The notes under the pieces were generated by a model, which did no database searches, had not been told where the DNA came from, and was given only the letters and a program-made list of their open reading frames with translations. A stretch of DNA of 64,000 bases from Eledone cirrhosa (taxonomy: Eukaryota): positions 28,706,001 through 28,770,000 of the forward strand of contig OZ024741.1 in the NCBI GenBank assembly GCA_964016885.1, written 5' to 3'. A program made the translations under genes and the position numbers. Shown piece by piece: positions 53,001-64,000 of this stretch (positions are counted from its first letter, which is position 1; each line of letters starts with the position of its first letter).

Positions 53001-56000
53001 AGTGGAACACATTGTCTCAGAGTGTCTGGAGAAGATGTATCTCCTCTGTGTCTATTGTGTGGTGGTGCAGTTATAACAATGGCACACATTGTCTCAGAGT
53101 GTCTGGAGAAGATGTATCTCCTCTGTGTCTATTGTGTGGTGGTGCAGTTATAACAGTGGCATACATTGTCTCAGAGTGTCTGGAGAAGATGTATCTCCTC
53201 TGTGTCTATTGTGTGGTGGTGCAGTTATAACAGTGGCATACATTGTCTCAGAGTGTCTGGAGAAGATGTATCTCCTCTGTGTCTATTGTGTGGTGGTGCA
53301 GTTATAACAGTGGTACACATTGTCTCAGAGTGTCTGGAGAAGATGTATCTCCTCTGTGTCTATTGTGTGGTGGTGCAGTTATAACAGTGGCGGACATTGT
53401 CTCAGAGTGTCTGAAAAAGATGTATCTCCCCTGTGTCTATTGTGTGGTGGTGCAGTTATAACAGTGGCACACATTGTCTCAGAGTGTGTGGAGAAGTTGT
53501 GTCTCCTCTGTGTCTATTGTGTGGTGATGCAGTTATAACAGTGGTACACATTGTCTCAGAGTGTCTGAAAAAGATGTATCTCCTCTGTGTCTATTGTGTG
53601 GTGGTGCAGTTATAACAGTGGCACACATTGTCTCAGAGTGTGTGGAGAAGTTGTGTCTCCTCTGTGTCTATTGTGTGGTGATGCAGTTATAACAGTGGCA
53701 CACATTGTCACAGAGTGTGTGGAGAAGATGTATCTCCCCTGTGTCTATTGTGTGGTGGTGCAGTTATAACAGTGGCACACATTGTCTCAGAGTGTCTGGA
53801 GAAGATGTATCTCCTCTGTGTCTATTGTGTGGTGGTGCAGTTATAACAGTGGCATACATTGTCTCAGAGTGTCTGAAAAAGATGTATCTCCCCTGTGTCT
53901 ATTGTGTAGTGGTGCAGTTATAACAGTGGTACACATTGTCTCAGAGTGTCTGGAGAAGATGTATCTCCTCTGTGTCTATTGTGTGGTGGTGCAGTTATAA
54001 CAGTGGCGGACATTGTCTCAGAGTGTCTGAAAAAGATGTATCTCCCCTGTGTCTATTGTGTAGTGGTGCAGTTATAAGAGTGGAACACATTGTCTCAGAG
54101 TGTCTGGAGAAGATGTATCTCCTCTGTGTCTATTGTGTGGTGGTGCAGTTATAACAGTGGAACACATTGTCTCAGAGTGTCTGGAGAAGATGTATCTCCT
54201 CTGTGTCTATTGTCTGGAGGTGCAGTTATAACAGTGGCATACATTGTCTCAGAGTGTCTGGAGTAGATGTATCTCCTCTGTGTCTATTGTGTGGTGGTGC
54301 AGTTATAACAGTGGCACACATTGTCTCAGAGTGTCTGGAGAAGATGTATCTCCTCTGTGTCTATTGTGTGGTGCTGCAGTTATAACAGTGGCACACATTG
54401 TCTCAGAGTGTCTGGAGAAGATGTATCTCCTCTGTGTCTATTGTGTGGTGGTGCAGTTATAACAGTGGCACACATTGTCTCAGAGTGTCTGGAGAAGATG
54501 TATCTCCTCTGTGTCTATTGTGTGGTGGTGCAGTTATAACAGTGGCGGACATTGTCTCAGAGTGTCTGAAAAAGATGTATCTCCCCTGTGTCTATTGTGT
54601 GGTGATGCAGTTATAACAGTGGCACACATTGTCTCAGTGTCTGGAGACGATGTATCTCCTCTGTGTCTATTGTGTGGTGGTGCAGTTATAACAGTGGCAC
54701 ACATTGTCTCAGTGTCTGGAGACGATGTATCTCCTCTGTGTCTATTGTGTGGTGGTGCAGTTATAACAGTGGCACACATTGTCTCAGTGTCTGGAGAAGA
54801 TGTATCTCCTCTGTGTCTATTGTGTAGTGGTGCAGTTATAACAGTGGCACACATTGTCTCAGAGTGTCTGGAGAAGATGTATCTCCTCTGTGTCTATTGT
54901 GTAGTGGTGCAGTTATAACAGTGGCACACATTGTCTCAGAGTGTCTGGAGAAGATGTATCTCCTCTGTGTCTATTGTGTAGTGGTGCAGTTATAACAGTG
55001 GCATACATTGTCTGAGAGTGTCTGGAGAAGACGTTTCTCCTCTGTGTCTATTGTGTGGTGGTGCAGTTATAACAGTGGCACACATTGTCTCAGAGTGTCT
55101 GGAGAAGATGTATCTCCTCTGTGTCTATTGTGTGGTGGTGCAGTTATAACAGTGGCACACATTGTCTCAGAGTGTCTGGAGAATATGTTTCTCCTCTCTG
55201 TCTATTGTGTGGTGGTGCAGATATAACAGTGGCACACATTGTCTCAGAGTGTCTGGAGAAGTTGTGTCTCCTCTGTGTCTATTGTGTGGTGGTGCAGTTA
55301 TAACGGTGGCACACATTGTCTCAGTGTCTGGAGAAGATGTATCTCCTCTGTGTCTATTGTGTAGTGGTGCAGTTATAACAGTGGCATACATTGTCTCAGA
55401 GTGTCTGGAGAAGATGTATCTCCTCTGTGTCTATTGTGTAGTGGTGCAGTTATAACAGTGGCATACATTGTCTCAGAGTGTCTGTAGAAGACGTTTCTCC
55501 TCTGTGTCTATTGTGTGGTGGTGCAGTTATAAAAGTGGCACACATTGTCTCAGAGTGTCTGGAGAAGATGTATCTCCTCTGTGTCTATTGTGTGGTGGTG
55601 CAGTTATAACAGTGGTACACATTGTCTCAGAGTGTGTGGAGAAGATGTATCTCCTCTGTCTCTATTGTGTGGTGGTGCAGTTATAACAGTGGCATACATT
55701 TTCTCAGAGTGTCTGGAGAAGATGTATCTCCCCCGTGTCTATTGTGTGGTGGTGCAGTTATAACAGTGGCACACATTGTCTCAGAGTGTCTGTGGAAGTT
55801 GTATCTCCTCTCTGTCTATTGTGTGGTGGTGAAGTTATAACAGTGGCACACATTGTCTCAGAGTGTCTGGAGAAGATGTATCTCCTCTGTGTCTATTGTG
55901 TGGTGGTGCAGTAATAACAGTGGCACACTATGTCTCAGAGTGTCTGGAGAAGATGTATCTCCCCCGTGTCTATCGTGTGGTGGTGCAGTTATAACAGTGG

Positions 56001-59000
56001 CACACATTGTCTCAGAGTGTCTGGAGAAGATGTATCTCCTCTGTGTCTATTGTGTGGTGGTGCAGTTATAACAGTGGCATACATTGTCTCAGAGTGTCTG
56101 GAGAAGATGTATCTCCTCTGTGTCTATTGTGTGGTGGTGCAGTTATAACAGTGTCACACGTTGTCTCAGAGTGTCTGGAGAAGATGTATCTCCTCTGTGT
56201 CTATTGTGTGGTGGTGCAGTTATAACAGTGGCACACATTGGCTCAGAGTGTCTGGAGAAGATGTATCTCCTCTGTGTCTATTGTGTGGTGGTGCAGTTAT
56301 AACAGTGGCGGACATTGTCTCAGAGTGTCTGAAAAAGATGTATCTCCCCTGTGTCTATTGTGTAGTGGTGCAGTTATAACAGTGGTACACATTGTCTCAG
56401 AGTGTCTGGAGAAGATGTATCTCCTCTGTGTCTATTGTGTGGAGGTGCAGTTATAACAGTGGCATACATTGTCTCAGAGTGTCTGGAGAAGATGTATCTC
56501 CTCTGTGTCTATTGTGTGGTGGTGCAGTTATAACAGTGGAACACATTGTCTCAGAGTGTCTGGAGAAGATGTATCTCCTCTGTGTCTATTGTGTGGAGGT
56601 GCAGTTATAACAGTGGCATACATTGTCTCAGAGTGTCTGGAGAAGATGTATCTCCTCTATGTCTATTGTGTGGTGGTGCAGTTATAACAGTGGCACACAT
56701 TGTCTCAGAATGTCTGGAGAAGATGTATCTCCTCTGTGTCTATTGTGTGGTGGTGCAGTTATAACAGTGGCACACATTGTCTCAGAGTGTCTGGGGAAGT
56801 TGTATCTCTTCTGTGTCTATTGTGTGGTGGTGAAGTTATAACAGTGGCACACATTGTCTCAGAGTGTCTGGAGAAGATGTATCTCCCCTGTGTCTATTGT
56901 GTGGTGGTGCAGTTATAACAGTGGAACACATTGTCTCAGAGTGTCTGGAGAAGATGTATCTCCTCTGTGTCTATTGTGTGGTGGTGCAGTTATAACAGTG
57001 GCATACATTGTCTCAGAGTGTCTGTAGAAGATGTATCTCCTCTGTGTCTATTGTGTGGTGGTGCAGTTATAACAGTGTCACACATTGTCTCAGAGTGTGT
57101 GGAGAAGATGTATCTCTTCTATGTCTATTGTGTGGTGGTGCAGTTATAACAGTGGCACACATTGTCTCAGAGTGTCTGGGGAAGTTGTATCTCCTCTGTG
57201 TCTATTGTGTGGTGGTGAAGTTATAACAGTGGCACACATTGTCTCAGAGTGTCTGGAGAAGATGTATCTCCCCCGTGTCTATTGTGTGGTGGTGCAGTTA
57301 TAACAGTGGCACACATTGTCTCAGAGTGTCTGGAGAAGATGTATCTCCTCTGTGTCTATTGTGTAGTGATGCAGTTATAACAGTGGCACACATTGTCTCA
57401 GAGTGTCTGGAGAATATGTTTCTCCTCTGTGTCTATTGTGTGGTGGTGCAGTTATAACGGTGGCACACATTGTCTCAGTGTCTGGAGAAGATGTATCTCC
57501 CCTGTGTCTATTGTGTGGTGGTGCAGTTATAACAGTGGCACACATTGTCTCAGAGTGTCTGGAGAAGATGTATCTCCCCTGTGTCTATTGTGTAGTGGTG
57601 CAGTTATAACTGTGGCATACATTGTCTCAGAGTGTCTGGAGAAGATGTATCTCCTCTGTGTCTATTGTGTGGTGGTGCAGTTATAACAGTGGAACACATT
57701 GTCTCAGAGTGTCTGGAGAAGATGTATCTCCTCTGTGTCTATTGTGTGGTGGTGCAGTTATAACAATGGCACACATTGTCTCAGAGTGTCTGGAGAAGAT
57801 GTATCTCCTCTGTGTCTATTGTGTGGTGGTGCAGTTATAACAGTGGCATACATTGTCTCAGAGTGTCTGGAGAAGATGTATCTCCTCTGTGTCTATTGTG
57901 TGGTGGTGCAGTTATAACAGTGGCATACATTGTCTCAGAGTGTCTGGAGAAGATGTATCTCCTCTGTGTCTATTGTGTGGTGGTGCAGTTATAACAGTGG
58001 TACACATTGTCTCAGAGTGTCTGGAGAAGATGTATCTCCTCTGTGTCTATTGTGTGGTGGTGCAGTTATAACAGTGGCGGACATTGTCTCAGAGTGTCTG
58101 AAAAAGATGTATCTCCCCTGTGTCTATTGTGTGGTGGTGCAGTTATAACAGTGGCACACATTGTCTCAGAGTGTGTGGAGAAGTTGTGTCTCCTCTGTGT
58201 CTATTGTGTGGTGATGCAGTTATAACAGTGGTACACATTGTCTCAGAGTGTCTGAAAAAGATGTATCTCCTCTGTGTCTATTGTGTGGTGGTGCAGTTAT
58301 AACAGTGGCACACATTGTCTCAGAGTGTGTGGAGAAGTTGTGTCTCCTCTGTGTCTATTGTGTGGTGATGCAGTTATAACAGTGGCACACATTGTCACAG
58401 AGTGTGTGGAGAAGATGTATCTCCCCTGTGTCTATTGTGTGGTGGTGCAGTTATAACAGTGGCACACATTGTCTCAGAGTGTCTGGAGAAGATGTATCTC
58501 CTCTGTGTCTATTGTGTGGTGGTGCAGTTATAACAGTGGCATACATTGTCTCAGAGTGTCTGAAAAAGATGTATCTCCCCTGTGTCTATTGTGTAGTGGT
58601 GCAGTTATAACAGTGGTACACATTGTCTCAGAGTGTCTGGAGAAGATGTATCTCCTCTGTGTCTATTGTGTGGTGGTGCAGTTATAACAGTGGCGGACAT
58701 TGTCTCAGAGTGTCTGAAAAAGATGTATCTCCCCTGTGTCTATTGTGTAGTGGTGCAGTTATAAGAGTGGAACACATTGTCTCAGAGTGTCTGGAGAAGA
58801 TGTATCTCCTCTGTGTCTATTGTGTGGTGGTGCAGTTATAACAGTGGAACACATTGTCTCAGAGTGTCTGGAGAAGATGTATCTCCTCTGTGTCTATTGT
58901 CTGGAGGTGCAGTTATAACAGTGGCATACATTGTCTCAGAGTGTCTGGAGTAGATGTATCTCCTCTGTGTCTATTGTGTGGTGGTGCAGTTATAACAGTG

Positions 59001-62000
59001 GCACACATTGTCTCAGAGTGTCTGGAGAAGATGTATCTCCTCTGTGTCTATTGTGTGGTGCTGCAGTTATAACAGTGGCACACATTGTCTCAGAGTGTCT
59101 GGAGAAGATGTATCTCCTCTGTGTCTATTGTGTGGTGGTGCAGTTATAACAGTGGCACACATTGTCTCAGAGTGTCTGGAGAAGATGTATCTCCTCTGTG
59201 TCTATTGTGTGGTGGTGCAGTTATAACAGTGGCGGACATTGTCTCAGAGTGTCTGAAAAAGATGTATCTCCCCTGTGTCTATTGTGTGGTGATGCAGTTA
59301 TAACAGTGGCACACATTGTCTCAGTGTCTGGAGACGATGTATCTCCTCTGTGTCTATTGTGTGGTGGTGCAGTTATAACAGTGGCACACATTGTCTCAGT
59401 GTCTGGAGACGATGTATCTCCTCTGTGTCTATTGTGTGGTGGTGCAGTTATAACAGTGGCACACATTGTCTCAGTGTCTGGAGAAGATGTATCTCCTCTG
59501 TGTCTATTGTGTAGTGGTGCAGTTATAACAGTGGCACACATTGTCTCAGAGTGTCTGGAGAAGATGTATCTCCTCTGTGTCTATTGTGTAGTGGTGCAGT
59601 TATAACAGTGGCACACATTGTCTCAGAGTGTCTGGAGAAGATGTATCTCCTCTGTGTCTATTGTGTAGTGGTGCAGTTATAACAGTGGCATACATTGTCT
59701 GAGAGTGTCTGGAGAAGACGTTTCTCCTCTGTGTCTATTGTGTGGTGGTGCAGTTATAACAGTGGCACACATTGTCTCAGAGTGTCTGGAGAAGATGTAT
59801 CTCCTCTGTGTCTATTGTGTGGTGGTGCAGTTATAACAGTGGCACACATTGTCTCAGAGTGTCTGGAGAATATGTTTCTCCTCTCTGTCTATTGTGTGGT
59901 GGTGCAGATATAACAGTGGCACACATTGTCTCAGAGTGTCTGGAGAAGTTGTGTCTCCTCTGTGTCTATTGTGTGGTGGTGCAGTTATAACGGTGGCACA
60001 CATTGTCTCAGTGTCTGGAGAAGATGTATCTCCTCTGTGTCTATTGTGTAGTGGTGCAGTTATAACAGTGGCATACATTGTCTCAGAGTGTCTGGAGAAG
60101 ATGTATCTCCTCTGTGTCTATTGTGTAGTGGTGCAGTTATAACAGTGGCATACATTGTCTCAGAGTGTCTGTAGAAGACGTTTCTCCTCTGTGTCTATTG
60201 TGTGGTGGTGCAGTTATAAAAGTGGCACACATTGTCTCAGAGTGTCTGGAGAAGATGTATCTCCTCTGTGTCTATTGTGTGGTGGTGCAGTTATAACAGT
60301 GGTACACATTGTCTCAGAGTGTGTGGAGAAGATGTATCTCCTCTGTCTCTATTGTGTGGTGGTGCAGTTATAACAGTGGCATACATTTTCTCAGAGTGTC
60401 TGGAGAAGATGTATCTCCCCCGTGTCTATTGTGTGGTGGTGCAGTTATAACAGTGGCACACATTGTCTCAGAGTGTCTGTGGAAGTTGTATCTCCTCTCT
60501 GTCTATTGTGTGGTGGTGAAGTTATAACAGTGGCACACATTGTCTCAGAGTGTCTGGAGAAGATGTATCTCCTCTGTGTCTATTGTGTGGTGGTGCAGTA
60601 ATAACAGTGGCACACTATGTCTCAGAGTGTCTGGAGAAGATGTATCTCCCCCGTGATTATCGTGTGGTGGTGCAGTTATAACAGTGGCACACATTGTCTC
60701 AGAGTGTCTGGAGAAGATGTATCTCCTCTGTGTCTATTGTGTGGTGGTGCAGTTATAACAGTGGCATACATTGTCTCAGAGTGTCTGGAGAAGATGTATC
60801 TCCTCTGTGTCTATTGTGTGGTGGTGCAGTTATAACAGTGTCACACGTTGTCTCAGAGTGTCTGGAGAAGATGTATCTCCTCTGTGTCTATTGTGTGGTG
60901 GTGCAGTTATAACAGTGGCACACATTGGCTCAGAGTGTCTGGAGAAGATGTATCTCCTCTGTGTCTATTGTGTGGTGGTGCAGTTATAACAGTGGCGGAC
61001 ATTGTCTCAGAGTGTCTGAAAAAGATGTATCTCCCCTGTGTCTATTGTGTAGTGGTGCAGTTATAACAGTGGTACACATTGTCTCAGAGTGTCTGGAGAA
61101 GATGTATCTCCTCTGTGTCTATTGTGTGGAGGTGCAGTTATAACAGTGGCATACATTGTCTCAGAGTGTCTGGAGAAGATGTATCTCCTCTGTGTCTATT
61201 GTGTGGTGGTGCAGTTATAACAGTGGAACACATTGTCTCAGAGTGTCTGGAGAAGATGTATCTCCTCTGTGTCTATTGTGTGGAGGTGCAGTTATAACAG
61301 TGGCATACATTGTCTCAGAGTGTCTGGAGAAGATGTATCTCCTCTGTGTCTATTGTGTGGTGGTGCAGTTATAACAGTGGCACACATTGTCTCAGAATGT
61401 CTGGAGAAGATGTATCTCCTCTGTGTCTATTGTGTGGTGGTGCAGTTATAACAGTGGCACACATTGTCTCAGAGTGTCTGGGGAAGTTGTATCTCTTCTG
61501 TGTCTATTGTGTGGTGGTGAAGTTATAACAGTGGCACACATTGTCTCAGAGTGTCTGGAGAAGATGTATCTCCCCTGTGTCTATTGTGTGGTGGTGCAGT
61601 TATAACAGTGGAACACATTGTCTCAGAGTGTCTGGAGAAGATGTATCTCCTCTGTGTCTATTGTGTGGTGGTGCAGTTATAACAGTGGCATACATTGTCT
61701 CAGAGTGTCTGTAGAAGATGTATCTCCTCTGTGTCTATTGTGTGGTGGTGCAGTTATAACAGTGTCACACATTGTCTCAGAGTGTGTGGAGAAGATGTAT
61801 CTCTTCTATGTCTATTGTGTGGTGGTGCAGTTATAACAGTGGCACACATTGTCTCAGAGTGTCTGGGGAAGTTGTATCTCCTCTGTGTCTATTGTGTGGT
61901 GGTGAAGTTATAACAGTGGCACACATTGTCTCAGAGTGTCTGGAGAAGATGTATCTCCCCCGTGTCTATTGTGTGGTGGTGCAGTTATAACAGTGGCACA

Positions 62001-64000
62001 CATTGTCTCAGAGTGTCTGGAGAAGATGTATCTCCTCTGTGTCTATTGTGTAGTGATGCAGTTATAACAGTGGCACACATTGTCTCAGAGTGTCTGGAGA
62101 ATATGTTTCTCCTCTGTGTCTATTGTGTGGTGGTGCAGTTATAACGGTGGCACACATTGTCTCAGTGTCTGGAGAAGATGTATCTCCCCTGTGTCTATTG
62201 TGTGGTGGTGCAGTTATAACAGTGGCACACATTGTCTCAGAGTGTCTGGAGAAGATGTATCTCCCCTGTGTCTATTGTGTAGTGGTGCAGTTATAACAGT
62301 GGCATACATTGTCTCAGAGTGTCTGGAGAAGATGTATCTCCTCTGTGTCTATTGTGCGGTGGTGCAGTTATAACAGTGGAACACATTGTCTCAGAGTGTC
62401 TGGAGAAGATGTATCTCCTCTGTGTCTATTGTGTGGTGGTGCAGTTATAACAATGGCACACATTGTCTCAGAGTGTCTGGAGAAGATGTATCTCCTCTGT
62501 GTCTATTGTGTGGTGGTGCAGTTATAACAGTGGCATACATTGTCTCAGAGTGTCTGGAGAAGATGTATCTCCTCTGTGTCTATTGTGTGGTGGTGCAGTT
62601 ATAACAGTGGCATACATTGTCTCAGAGTGTCTGGAGAAGATGTATCTCCTCTGTGTCTATTGTGTGGTGGTGCAGTTATAACAGTGGTACACATTGTCTC
62701 AGAGTGTCTGGAGAAGATGTATCTCCTCTGTGTCTATTGTGTGGTGGTGCAGTTATAACAGTGGCGGACATTGTCTCAGAGTGTCTGAAAAAGATGTATC
62801 TCCCCTGTGTCTATTGTGTGGTGGTGCAGTTATAACAGTGGCACACATTGTCTCAGAGTGTGTGGAGAAGTTGTGTCTCCTCTGTGTCTATTGTGTGGTG
62901 ATGCAGTTATAACAGTGGTACACATTGTCTCAGAGTGTCTGAAAAAGATGTATCTCCTCTGTGTCTATTGTGTGGTGGTGCAGTTATAACAGTGGCACAC
63001 ATTGTCTCAGAGTGTGTGGAGAAGTTGTGTCTCCTCTGTGTCTATTGTGTGGTGATGCAGTTATAACAGTGGCACACATTGTCACAGAGTGTGTGGAGAA
63101 GATGTATCTCCCCTGTGTCTATTGTGTGGTGGTGCAGTTATAACAGTGGCACACATTGTCTCAGAGTGTCTGGAGAAGATGTATCTCCTCTGTGTCTATT
63201 GTGTGGTGGTGCAGTTATAACAGTGGCATACATTGTCTCAGAGTGTCTGAAAAAGATGTATCTCCCCTGTGTCTATTGTGTAGTGGTGCAGTTATAACAG
63301 TGGTACACATTGTCTCAGAGTGTCTGGAGAAGATGTATCTCCTCTGTGTCTATTGTGTGGTGGTGCAGTTATAACAGTGGCGGACATTGTCTCAGAGTGT
63401 CTGAAAAAGATGTATCTCCCCTGTGTCTATTGTGTAGTGGTGCAGTTATAAGAGTGGAACACATTGTCTCAGAGTGTCTGGAGAAGATGTATCTCCTCTG
63501 TGTCTATTGTGTGGTGGTGCAGTTATAACAGTGGAACACATTGTCTCAGAGTGTCTGGAGAAGATGTATCTCCTCTGTGTCTATTGTCTGGAGGTGCAGT
63601 TATAACAGTGGCATACATTGTCTCAGAGTGTCTGGAGTAGATGTATCTCCTCTGTGTCTATTGTGTGGTGGTGCAGTTATAACAGTGGCACACATTGTCT
63701 CAGAGTGTCTGGAGAAGATGTATCTCCTCTGTGTCTATTGTGTGGTGCTGCAGTTATAACAGTGGCACACATTGTCTCAGAGTGTCTGGAGAAGATGTAT
63801 CTCCTCTGTGTCTATTGTGTGGTGGTGCAGTTATAACAGTGGCACACATTGTCTCAGAGTGTCTGGAGAAGATGTATCTCCTCTGTGTCTATTGTGTGGT
63901 GGTGCAGTTATAACAGTGGCGGACATTGTCTCAGAGTGTCTGAAAAAGATGTATCTCCCCTGTGTCTATTGTGTGGTGATGCAGTTATAACAGTGGCACA
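16967..64000 (+). repeat. 77-bp tandem satellite, about 610 head-to-tail monomers, with higher-order repeats; runs off the window end
   Basis: Consensus tgtctcagagtgtctggagaagatgtatctcctctgtgtctattgtgtggtggtgcagttataacagtggcacacat (77 nt). ORF starts recur every 77 bp. Monomers differ by a few substitutions, with occasional 75-bp deletion variants. No inversions or insertions seen. Confidence 0.99.

Noticed and set aside
17026-63990. Hundreds of 72-aa Cys-rich ORFs as a tandem gene family
   Set aside because: 77 is not a multiple of 3, so each ORF simply cycles through the three frames of the monomer until the TAA in gttataac. Most begin at TTG rather than ATG, and no gene structure is visible.
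16967-64000. CRISPR-like array
   Set aside because: Units are contiguous near-identical monomers with no unique spacers, there are no cas genes, and the context is eukaryotic.
16967-64000. Purifying selection on the zinc-knuckle frame among monomers
   Set aside because: Several variants are synonymous, but by eye non-synonymous variant types are clearly more numerous. The ligand His is often lost (AYI, ADI), Cys is occasionally lost, and a TGA variant exists (e.g. ~23106). This is consistent with neutral drift; a formal dN/dS count was not run.

Overview
Repeat-dominated animal genomic DNA with no host gene evident. The SINE family and the dense (TA)n/(CA)n/(TATG)n tracts suggest a cephalopod (octopus-like) genome; this is inferred from memory, not searched. 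Bases 1-16.9 kb are a pile-up of decayed retroelements: a 5'-truncated RTE-clade LINE with three C-terminal C2H2-type fingers, several R4/Dong-like (RLE) non-LTR fragments, two L1/Tx1-like fragments, about 7 copies of a tRNA-derived SINE, fold-back/MITE-like hairpins and three Penelope-type minimal hammerhead-ribozyme-like motifs. Bases ~16967-64000 (open-ended) are one head-to-tail 77-bp satellite of roughly 610 monomers with nested multi-kb higher-order repeats. Main observation: the monomer is the coding sequence of the CX2CX8HX4C zinc knuckle of an R4/Dong-like LINE, and the degenerate parent reading frame is still attached to the first monomer. The birth site of a retrotransposon-ORF-derived satellite is therefore directly visible. 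The hundreds of 72-aa ORFs in the track are artefacts of the repeat.
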